A stretch of 64,000 nt of DNA from an uncultured Planctomycetota bacterium (GTDB lineage Bacteria; Planctomycetota; UBA11346), in NCBI GenBank assembly GCA_963818245.1, contig CAWFSD010000055.1, positions 657-64,656 on the forward strand, in the 5' to 3' direction. The stretch's first letter is position 1. Each line of letters begins with the position of its first letter. Shown here piece by piece: positions 49,186-57,166 of this stretch. The notes under the pieces were generated by a model that was given only the letters and a program-made list of their open reading frames with translations, searched no databases and was not told the DNA's origin. Both the position numbers and the translations under genes were made by a program.

Positions 49186-49893
49186 CGAGTGCCAGCTCGA
49201 GCACGCTTCCCGCACATCCCCCGATGGTCGAGCTGGCGCTCGACCCTCCGGCGGTGCGGCACGCGGACAGGGATGCCGCTGGTCACGGCGGGCGATCGCC
49301 GGGAGGGTCGAGCGCCAGCTCGACCATCGAGCGACGTATGCCCGACGTGCGGACCCGCGGGGCAATCGGTTTCCCGTTCCCGGGGCGGTCACCTTGGCCT
49401 CTTGGCGCCTCCTCACTCGATGGTCGAGCTGGCGCTCGACCCTCCCGGCGGTGCGGCACGCGGACAGGGATGCCGCTGGTCACGGCGGGCGTTCGCCGGG
49501 AGGGTCGAGCTTTTCCGGGGGTGATTTCCCGATCGAGGCTGAGCTAACAGCAGAAAACTCGCGCTTGTGGCACAACGAGTTGCGAGCTGTTAGAGGGCAG
49601 CGCCAGCTCGACCATCGAGCGACATATGCCCGATGTGCGGACCCGCGGGGCAATCGGTTTCCCCGTTCCCGGGGCGGTCACCTTGGCCTCTTGGCGCCTC
49701 CTCACTCGATGGTCGAGCTGGCGCTCGACCCTCCCGGCGGTGCGGCACGCGGACAGGGATGCCGCTGGTCACGGCGGGCGATCGCCGGGAGGGTCGAGCG
49801 CCAGCTCGACCATCGAGCGACGTATGCGCGACGTGCGACCGGCAGGGGAATCGGTTCCCGCTTCCGGGGCGGTCACCTTGGCCTCTTGGCCCA
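49186..49893. repeat. Tandem array of three ~196-bp units, each containing one REP inverted doublet; the second unit carries a 91-nt insertion
   Basis: Forward REPs start at 49226, 49422 and 49710. Reverse REPs start at 49307, 49503 (split; resumes at 49602) and 49791. The conserved inter-REP spacer is ctcccggcggtgcggcacgcggacagggatgccgctggtcacggcgggcgatcgccgggag. Confidence 0.85.
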
Positions 49894-50147
49894 CTCGCCA
49901 TTCCATCCCTGAGCTGGATCGCACGCGGGCAGCGACCTGGATGACGGCTCCGGGCAGATGATCGGATCGGGCAAATGGCGAGTCGTCCCCGGCAACTGTG
50001 CGCGGAATAGGCAGGTAACCGCGGCCGCAGTGGCGCCAATGTGGTAGGAAGAGAAAACAGCGCCGGTTCTGCGACGTACAGCCTCGTCCAGAAGCTCCCG
50101 GTACAGTCCGCCGACCGCCGCACCTGTCCGCATCCCAAGGAAGCGCC

Positions 50148-51158
50148 ATGACCTCCCTCCGCACCCCCTTCCTGTCCGCCACGCTCGCTTGCGGCCTCCT
50201 CTTCGGCCTGCCCGGACTCGACGGCGCCGAGGGCAAGGAGAAGGAGGACAAGCTGGTCGCCACCACCGTCGCCGCGGCCGGCGCGGACTACGCGGTGCAG
50301 GGCGAGTACCTGGGCACCGTCGGCGGCAAGCCGCTCGCCGCGCAGGTGATCGCGCACGGCGACGGCAGGTTCCTGGCGGTGTTCGAGCCGGGTGGTTTCC
50401 CCGGCGACGGCTGGAACGGCACCGACCGCTTCGAGGTCGAGGGCAGGACCAGCGGCGACACCACCACGTTCGGGCAGAGCGGCTGGCACGGCGCGATCAC
50501 CGGTGCGGCCTTCACCGGCAGCAGCGAGGCCGGCGCGGCATTCACCCTGAAGAAAGTCACGCGCGTCAGCCCGACCATGGGCGCCAAGCCGCCCGCGGGC
50601 GCGCTGGTGCTGTTCGACGGCTCCAACACCGACGCGTGGAAGGACGGGCGGATCGAGACCATCGAGGGCGAGAAGTGCCTGGCCTACGGCGCCGAGACCA
50701 AGAAGAACTTCACCAGCTACCGCCTGCACGTCGAGTTCCGCGTCCCCTTCAAGCCGTTCGCGCGCAGCCAGGAGCGCGGCAACAGCGGCATCTACATCCA
50801 CCACACCTACGAGATCCAGGTGCTGGACTCGTTCGGCGTCAAGCCGCAGCCCAACGACATCGGCTCGCTCTACACGGTGGTGCCGCCGCTGGTCAACGCC
50901 TGCTACCCGCCGCTGACCTGGCAGACCTACGACATCGACTGGCAGGGCCCGAAGTTCGACGCGGCCGGCAAGAAGACCGGGGACGCCGCGGTCACCGTGC
51001 GCCTGAACGGCACCCTGGTCCAGGACCACACCGAGGTGAAGTCCGGCACCGGCGCGAACAAGAAGAAGGCCGAGACCCCGCAGGGCGGCCCGCTGTGGCT
51101 GCAGGACCACCAGAACCCGGTCTACTACCGCAACGTGTGGCTCGAGGAGAAGCCGTGA
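50148..51158 (+). CDS. DUF1080 (3-keto-disaccharide hydrolase-like) domain protein, secreted
   Basis: Signal peptide MTSLRTPFLSATLACGLLFGLPG. The C-terminal half is LVLFDGSNTDAWKDG..FTSYRLHVEFRVPF..GNSGIYIHHTYEIQVLDSFG..NDIGSLY...GPLWLQDHQNPVYYRNVWLEE, the DUF1080 signature. Confidence 0.85.
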   Translation: MTSLRTPFLSATLACGLLFGLPGLDGAEGKEKEDKLVATTVAAAGADYAVQGEYLGTVGGKPLAAQVIAHGDGRFLAVFEPGGFPGDGWNGTDRFEVEGRTSGDTTTFGQSGWHGAITGAAFTGSSEAGAAFTLKKVTRVSPTMGAKPPAGALVLFDGSNTDAWKDGRIETIEGEKCLAYGAETKKNFTSYRLHVEFRVPFKPFARSQERGNSGIYIHHTYEIQVLDSFGVKPQPNDIGSLYTVVPPLVNACYPPLTWQTYDIDWQGPKFDAAGKKTGDAAVTVRLNGTLVQDHTEVKSGTGANKKKAETPQGGPLWLQDHQNPVYYRNVWLEEKP

Positions 51159-53512
51159 TTCCCAGCGCCCGCACCGCCGCCCTCGGCGCCGCCCTGCTGC
51201 TGTGCGGCGCGGCCTGGGCCGAGGACGAGGTGGAGGTCGCACCGACCAAGGAGGCGCACTCCCTCGGCGGGCGCATGGACTACGGCCACGTGCTGCACTA
51301 CTTCCTGCACAACCCGGCGGACCCGGCCAAGGCCGACGTGGTGCTCAAGGGCATCAGCGTCGACCTGGGCGGTGGCAACGCGGTGTGCTACGATGGCGAG
51401 ACGCTGCGCCTGGCCGCGGGGTGGAGCGGCGGCTTCGTCGACATGACCGCCACCACGCCGGCCAAGGCCGGCCAGGGCGCGGGGCCGGCGACGGCCAAGG
51501 GCAAGGCGGTGTTCGGCACGCGCCCCGGCCCCGGCTGGGGCGGCAAGGGCGGCACGCTCGCCGATCCGCGCGCGAACGGCGTCGGCAACCTGCCGGTGCA
51601 CTGGGCGCAGTACCGCGGGCTCTACCGGCACGGTGAGCAGACGGTGCTGAGCTACACCATCGACGACACCGCCGTCCGCGAACTGCCCGGCTGCGTCGCC
51701 GGCGCGAACGGCCCGGTGTTCACCCGCGCGATCGAGGTGGGCAAGGGCGCGCAGGAGCTGGTGCTGGTCGTCTGCGAGGTGGCGAAGGCCGGCGGCGGCG
51801 TGTCCGCGGCCGCCGCGGCGCCGGGCAGCGCGGCCAGCGGCCCCGCCGAGGGCGCGCTGGCGGTGCTGGCGCAGTCGCTGGCGGGCGGCGACGCCGTCAC
51901 CGCGGTCGGCGTCAAGGGCGCGCCGAAGGGCGCGACGCTGCTGGTCGCGGACGGGAAGGTGCTGCTGCGCCTGCCCGCGCAGGCCGCGCCGGCGCGCTGC
52001 ACGGTGGCGATCTGGAGCGGCGCGAAGTCCGCGCTGGCGGCGTTCGCCGGCCAGGTGAAGGACCTGCCGGCGACGCCCGACCTGGCCCCGCTGTGCCTGG
52101 GTGGGCCGGCGCAGGCCACCGCCGCCATCACCACCGCCGGGACGCTCGGCACCGGCGACGGCGCCTACCTCGTCGACACGCTGAAGCTGCCGGCCGAGAC
52201 GCCGTGGAATTCCTGGATCCGCCCGACCGGCCTCGACTTCTTCGCCGACGGGCGCCTGGCGGTGTGCACCTTCGAGGGCGAGGTGTGGGTGGTGTCGGGC
52301 ATCGACGCCACGCTCGGCACGCTGACCTGGAAGCGCCTCGCCAGCGGGCTGTTCGAGCCGCTCGGCCTGCGCGTCGTCGACGACACCGTCTACGTGCTCG
52401 GCCGCGACCAGATCACCAAGCTGGTGGACCTGAACGGCGACGGCGAAGCCGACTCCTACCAGTGCTTCTTCAACGCCGACACCATCTTCAAGGACTACCA
52501 CGACTTCTCGTTCGACCTGCAGACCGACCGCGCCGGCAACTTCTACTACGTGAAGGGCGGCAACCGCGTGCCGCACGACCTGCCGCTGCACTCGTGCGTG
52601 TTCAAGATCGCCAAGGACGGCGCGTCGAGCGAGGTCCTCGCGACCGGTTTCCGCGCGCCCAACGGCATGGGCATGGGCCCGAACGACGAGATCACGACCA
52701 GCGACAACCAGGGCCACTGGACGCCGGCGTGCAAGATCAACCTGGTGAAGAAGGGCGGCTTCTACGGCTACGTCGCTGAACCGCGCGTGAAGGAGAACAA
52801 GGACGTCAACGACCACCACCCCGCGACCTTCGACCCGCCGCTGTGCTGGATCCCGATGCCGATCGACAACTCGAGCGGCGGCGAGGTGTGGGCGCCGAAG
52901 GAGGGCTGGGGCCCGCTCGGCGGGCAGATGCTGCACATGTCCTACGGCAAGTCGACGCTGTTCGCGGTCATGCACGAGGAGGTCGGCGGCGTGCCGCAGG
53001 GCGGCGTGGTCGGCTTCAAGCTCAAGTTCGCCTCGGGCCTGATGCGCGGCCGCTTCAGCCCCAAGGACGGCCAGCTCTACGTCTGCGGCATCAAGGGCTG
53101 GCAGACCAACGCCGGTCTCGACGGCTGCCTGCAGCGCGTGCGCTACGCGGGCAAGCCGGTGTGCCTGCCGATCAGCCTGCACGTCACCGCCAACGGCGTG
53201 GCGATCGGCTTCAGCAGCCCGCTCGACAAGGCCTCGGTGACCGCCGACAGCTTCGCGATCGAGGAGTGGAACTACCACTGGACCTCGACCTACGGGTCGG
53301 ACGACTACCTGGTGACCAACGGCCAGAAGAAGGGCCACGACAAGCTCGACGCCACCAAGGCGACGCTGTCCAGCGACGGCAAGACGGTGACCCTCGAGAT
53401 CCCCGACCTGCGCCCGGCGATGCAGGTGCAGATCAAGTACCAGCTCGAGGACGCGGGGCACCAGCCGGCGGTCAACGAGATCTACAGCACGATCAACGTG
53501 ATGGGGAAGTAG
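51155..53512 (+). CDS. Secreted beta-propeller protein of the 'membrane-bound dehydrogenase domain' / soluble glucose-sorbosone dehydrogenase-like type (no cytochrome c motif seen)
   Basis: The GTG start overlaps the upstream stop (GTGA). Signal peptide (V)IPSARTAALGAALLLCGAAWA. Motifs: LDFFADGRLAVCTFEGEVWVVSG, LFEPLGLRVVDDTVYVLGRDQITKLVDLNGDGEADSY, FRAPNGMGMGPNDEITTSDNQGHWTPACKIN. No CxxCH motif. Confidence 0.8.
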   Translation: MIPSARTAALGAALLLCGAAWAEDEVEVAPTKEAHSLGGRMDYGHVLHYFLHNPADPAKADVVLKGISVDLGGGNAVCYDGETLRLAAGWSGGFVDMTATTPAKAGQGAGPATAKGKAVFGTRPGPGWGGKGGTLADPRANGVGNLPVHWAQYRGLYRHGEQTVLSYTIDDTAVRELPGCVAGANGPVFTRAIEVGKGAQELVLVVCEVAKAGGGVSAAAAAPGSAASGPAEGALAVLAQSLAGGDAVTAVGVKGAPKGATLLVADGKVLLRLPAQAAPARCTVAIWSGAKSALAAFAGQVKDLPATPDLAPLCLGGPAQATAAITTAGTLGTGDGAYLVDTLKLPAETPWNSWIRPTGLDFFADGRLAVCTFEGEVWVVSGIDATLGTLTWKRLASGLFEPLGLRVVDDTVYVLGRDQITKLVDLNGDGEADSYQCFFNADTIFKDYHDFSFDLQTDRAGNFYYVKGGNRVPHDLPLHSCVFKIAKDGASSEVLATGFRAPNGMGMGPNDEITTSDNQGHWTPACKINLVKKGGFYGYVAEPRVKENKDVNDHHPATFDPPLCWIPMPIDNSSGGEVWAPKEGWGPLGGQMLHMSYGKSTLFAVMHEEVGGVPQGGVVGFKLKFASGLMRGRFSPKDGQLYVCGIKGWQTNAGLDGCLQRVRYAGKPVCLPISLHVTANGVAIGFSSPLDKASVTADSFAIEEWNYHWTSTYGSDDYLVTNGQKKGHDKLDATKATLSSDGKTVTLEIPDLRPAMQVQIKYQLEDAGHQPAVNEIYSTINVMGK

Positions 53513-53574
53513 GCGGCGGTCGATCAAGCGCGACTTGCGGCCGGATCGACCACGCGCGCCACACGATCCCTGAT

Positions 53575-53787
53575 GGTCGAACTGGCGCTCGACCCTCCCG
53601 GCGACGGCGCGTTCGACCAGGCATCACCGTGTATCCATGCCGGACCCCCCGGGAGGGTCGAGCGCCAGCTCGACCACACGATCCCTGATGGTCGAGCTGG
53701 CGCTCGACCCTCCCGGCGACGGCGCGTTCGACCATGCATCACCGTGTATCCATGCCGGACCCCCGGGAGGGTCGAGCGCCAGCTCGA
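53575..53787. repeat. Two REP inverted doublets immediately 3' of the RAYT gene
   Basis: Forward REPs at 53575 (one mismatch, GGTCGAACTGG..) and 53689. Reverse REPs at 53655 and 53768. The last REP ends 10 nt from the RAYT stop codon (53797). Confidence 0.85.
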
Positions 53788-53796
53788 CCACGTGTT

Positions 53797-54348
53797 TCAA
53801 TGCACCCGCTCTTCGAACGCGGATGACCACGGCCATTCAGCGCGCTTCCGGCACAGGCCCGCCTTGACCGGGTTGTCATGGACGTACGCGACCGCTTGTT
53901 CGAAGTGATCCCGATCCCTGATGCAGCGGTCCCAGTAGTCGCGTTGCCAGGAACACGGCAGCCGACGACCGGTGTAGGACTTCCAGGACTGCACGATGCG
54001 CGCCAAGGTCATCGCGCCTGTCAGGCGGAAGATGACGTGAACGTGATTGGGCATGACCACCCACGCGCACAGCGCATAACGCTCACCGTCCCACCTACGC
54101 CAATTTTCGATCACGAGGGCCGCATGTCCTGGTCGTCGCAGCGCACATCCACCATGGCCACGGTCCAAATGCGCTTCGATGCGCTTGCGATAATCCGGAT
54201 CGGCCACCGCCCTGAGTTCATAGAGGCGACGTCGGGCCACTTCCACAGGAAGCGCATCGCCCAGACGGTAGGTGACGATCTGGGTTTCCTGCCCCGGATT
54301 GAAATGCGGTAGTTGCCGCGGTTTGGACCACGCCGACTCGGATGGCAT
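53797..54348 (-). CDS. REP-associated tyrosine transposase (RAYT), IS200/IS605-like Y1 HUH transposase family
   Basis: 183 aa. QLPHFNPGQETQIVTYRLGDALP, HUH motif WVVMPNHVHVIF, C-terminal WQRDYWDRCIRDRDHFEQAVAYVHDNPVKAGL. It is flanked on both sides by REP arrays. Confidence 0.85.
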   Translation of the reverse strand: MPSESAWSKPRQLPHFNPGQETQIVTYRLGDALPVEVARRRLYELRAVADPDYRKRIEAHLDRGHGGCALRRPGHAALVIENWRRWDGERYALCAWVVMPNHVHVIFRLTGAMTLARIVQSWKSYTGRRLPCSWQRDYWDRCIRDRDHFEQAVAYVHDNPVKAGLCRKRAEWPWSSAFEERVH

Positions 54349-54397
54349 GTCTGATCAGCTCCAAATTCCAACTGGGGAAGGATGGATGCGAAGGTAG

Positions 54398-55370
54398 TTC
54401 CGGCTTGTGACGATCAATGTTGCCGAAGACCCGAAGCAATGGTCGAGCTTCGGCGTGGGAGCGGTGCCACCGCATCTCTCGATGGTCGAGCTGGCGCTCG
54501 ACCCTCCCGGCGACGGCGCGTTCGACCAGGCATCACCGTGTATTCCATGCCGGACCCCCGGGAGGGTCGAGCGCCAGCTCGACCGGTCGAATCACAGGGC
54601 TTGTGATGATGAATGGTGCCGAAGACCCGAAGCAATGGTCGAGCTTCGGCGTGGGAGCGGTGCCACCGCATCTCCCGATGGTCGAGCTGGCGCTCGACCC
54701 TCCCGGCGACGGCGCGTTCGACCAGGCATCACCGTGTATTCCATGCCGGACCCCCGGGAGGGTCGAGCGCCAGCTCGACCGGTCGAATCACAGGGCTTGT
54801 GATGATGAATGGTGCCGAAGACCCGAAGCAATGGTCGAGCTTCGGCGTGGGAGCGGTGCCACCGCCTCTCTCGATGGTCGAGCTGGCGCTCGACCCTCCC
54901 GGCGACGGCGCGTTCGACCAGGCATCACCGTGTATTCCATGCCGGACCCCCGGGAGGGTCGAGCGCCAGCTCGACCGCTCGAATCACATGGCATGTGATG
55001 ATGAATCGTGCCGAAGACCCGAAGCAATGGTCGAACTTCGGCGTGGGAGCGTGCCACCGCATCTCCCGATGGTCGAGCTGGCGCTCGACCCTCCCGGCGA
55101 CGGCGTTCCACCAGGCATCACCGTGTATTCCATGCCGGACCCCCCGGGAGGGTCGAGCGCCAGCTCGACCACGCGCATCACATGGCTTGTGATGATGAAT
55201 CGTGCCGAAGACCCGAAGCAATGGTCGAACTTCGGCGTGGGAGCGTGCCACCGCATCTCCCGATGGTCGAGCTGGCGCTCGACCCTCCCGGCGACGGCGT
55301 TCCACCAGGCATCACCGTGTATTCCATGCCGGACCCCCGGGAGGGTCGAGCGCCAGCTCGACCAGGCACC
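54398..55370. repeat. Five tandem ~195-bp units upstream of the RAYT gene, each with one REP inverted doublet plus accessory hairpins
   Basis: Forward REPs at 54484, 54680, 54876, 55071 and 55265 (periods 196, 196, 195, 194). Reverse REPs at 54565, 54761, 54957, 55151 and 55344. Each unit also has CCGAAGcaatggtcgagCTTCGG, GCGGTGcCACCGC and ATCACAgggctTGTGAT hairpins. Confidence 0.9.
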
Positions 55371-55479
55371 CCTGCGACGCTGGCTTGAACGGTTATTCCG
55401 GGGTAAAGCCCTGCACGGCACGCCACGTCCGGGTCACAGCGCACGCTGCCCGGCGTTTGGAACTGCCCGAGGAGCCCCG

Positions 55480-57165
55480 ATGCGCCACGCCGTCCGTCCA
55501 TTCTGCACCGCTGCGGTCCCCCTCCTGCTGCTGTGCGTGATGACGGCCGCTGCGCAGGCCGCCGATGGCGCCGCCGCCAAGCCGCAACCGGTCGCGACCG
55601 CGAGCAGCTTCCAGGGCGGCAACGAGCCCGGCCGGGCCATCGACGGCGATCCCACCAGCCTGTGGCACAGCCGCTGGGGCGAGCCGCGCGCGACCCTGCC
55701 GCAGTGGCTGATGATCGACCAGGGCGAGGTCGCCACCGTCGCCTGCCTGATGTACCAGCCTCGCCCCGACGGCGGCAACGGCACCGTGACCCGCTACACC
55801 GTCGCGGTCAGCAGCGACGGCCTGGCCTTCACCACGGTGGTGAAGGACGGGCAGTGGGCCGCGACGCCCAAGCGCAAGGTCGCGGTCTTCCCCGCCGTCC
55901 AGGCGCGCTACGTCCGCCTCGAGGTGCTGGAGGGCGTGAACGGCTTCGCCAGCGCGGCGGAGGTCGCGGTCGCGCCGGTGGCGATCGACCCCAACATCGA
56001 GGGGGGCGTGGTCGCGGTCACCGCGCCCGCCTACGGCGGCGACGTCCAGGGCGACACGCCGATCAGCATCGTCGCGCCAGGCCTGGCGTCGGCGACGGTG
56101 AGCTGCTGGAAGCCGGGCGCGGCCGCCGGCGCGGACGCCGTGGTCGGCACCGTCGCGCTCGACGCCGCGGGCAAGGGCGCACTCACCTTCCCGGCGAACG
56201 ACTTCCCGCACGGGCCGCTGTGCGTGCGCATCGTCGGCAGCAACGGCAGCCTGCGCGACACCTGCTGCCTGCAGCTCTTCAACCGCGGCGGCGCGCCCTT
56301 CCAGGAGGGCATGCCCAAGGCGGCGCCGCCCGCGGCCGCGGGGATGACGCTGCTGTTCGCCGACGATTTCGAGAAGATGCCGACGATCTCGGACCGCGAC
56401 GCCACGGCCACCTACTACAGCCACAAGCCGCCGGACGGCGGCCAGGACTTCAGCACCCTGCGCTTCACCGACCTGCGCGAGCCCGGCAACCCCTTCACCC
56501 AGGTCGGCACCTGGCTGCGCATCCGCGCCGACGAGGCCAAGCGCAGCGCCGGACTGCTTTCCGCGCTGAAGAAGGACGGCTCCGGCGTGGTCGCGAGCGC
56601 GCCGTGCTACTTCGAGTGCCGCTTCCTGGGCACCAACGCCAGCGGCGCGTGGCCGGCGTTCTGGCTGCTCAACAAGCCCGCCGCCTACCCCGACCAGCGC
56701 GCGCCGTGCGACGAGCTCGACATCATCGAGGCCTATGGCGGCGAGGGGCCGGGCCGCCCGAACGCCGTCGACAAGTTCTGCATCACTCCGCACGCCTGGA
56801 ACCAGGGCGGAGCCGGGAAGCGCGCCGAGGACGCCGCGCTGAAGGCCATCGGCCCGGGCGCGCCCGTGGTGTCGATGCGCGCCAAGGGCATCGCCTCGAC
56901 GTGGTACCAGGCCTTCCACACCTACGGCTGCAAGGTCACCGAGACCGACACCATCTATTACTGCGACGACGTGGAGATGGGCCGCCACCCGACCATGGAG
57001 GTCTCGAAGAAGACCCCGTTCTACTTCCTGATCAACCTCGCCACCGGCGGCGGCTGGCCGGTCGATCTCGCGCGCTACGGCGGCATCGCCGACATGTACG
57101 TCGACTACGTGCGCGTCTACAGCGCGAACGCGGGGGACGTGGAGCGGGTGAAGCAGGCGAAGTAG
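55480..57165 (+). CDS. Secreted F5/8 type C (CBM32-like) - Ig-like - glycoside hydrolase family 16 protein
   Basis: Signal peptide MRHAVRPFCTAAVPLLLLCVMTAAAQA. Discoidin-like ASSFQGGNEPGRAIDGDPTSLWHSRW..ARYVRLEVLEG. GH16 catalytic motif CDELDIIEAYGG (ExDxxE) and the C-terminal beta-jelly-roll FYFLINLATGGGWP. Confidence 0.9.
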   Translation: MRHAVRPFCTAAVPLLLLCVMTAAAQAADGAAAKPQPVATASSFQGGNEPGRAIDGDPTSLWHSRWGEPRATLPQWLMIDQGEVATVACLMYQPRPDGGNGTVTRYTVAVSSDGLAFTTVVKDGQWAATPKRKVAVFPAVQARYVRLEVLEGVNGFASAAEVAVAPVAIDPNIEGGVVAVTAPAYGGDVQGDTPISIVAPGLASATVSCWKPGAAAGADAVVGTVALDAAGKGALTFPANDFPHGPLCVRIVGSNGSLRDTCCLQLFNRGGAPFQEGMPKAAPPAAAGMTLLFADDFEKMPTISDRDATATYYSHKPPDGGQDFSTLRFTDLREPGNPFTQVGTWLRIRADEAKRSAGLLSALKKDGSGVVASAPCYFECRFLGTNASGAWPAFWLLNKPAAYPDQRAPCDELDIIEAYGGEGPGRPNAVDKFCITPHAWNQGGAGKRAEDAALKAIGPGAPVVSMRAKGIASTWYQAFHTYGCKVTETDTIYYCDDVEMGRHPTMEVSKKTPFYFLINLATGGGWPVDLARYGGIADMYVDYVRVYSANAGDVERVKQAK

Positions 57166-57166
57166 G

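Larger units (their letters stand above)
53575..55370. mobile_element. REPtron: RAYT gene plus flanking REP/REPIN arrays
   Basis: See the component features. Seven REP doublets lie within 1.8 kb around a single Y1 transposase gene. No IS200/IS605-type tnpB is present. Confidence 0.75.

Noticed and set aside
54398-55370. Regularly spaced palindromic 20-31-nt repeats that a CRISPR finder might flag. The same applies to 49186-49893.
   Set aside because: The sequences between the repeats are themselves repeated (whole ~195-bp units), the repeats alternate in orientation, and there are no unique spacers or cas genes. A Y1 transposase gene sits adjacent. This is a REP/REPIN array, not CRISPR.
54382-55540. 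Many overlapping ORFs of 74-193 aa on both strands inside the repeat arrays (for example 54417..54998 and 54984..55421). The same is seen at 49172..49961 and 53493..53908.
   Set aside because: Their translations are just the repeat unit read in different frames (recurring MVELALDPPG / RWSSWRSTLP / GRAGARPSRR). They have no independent coding signal.
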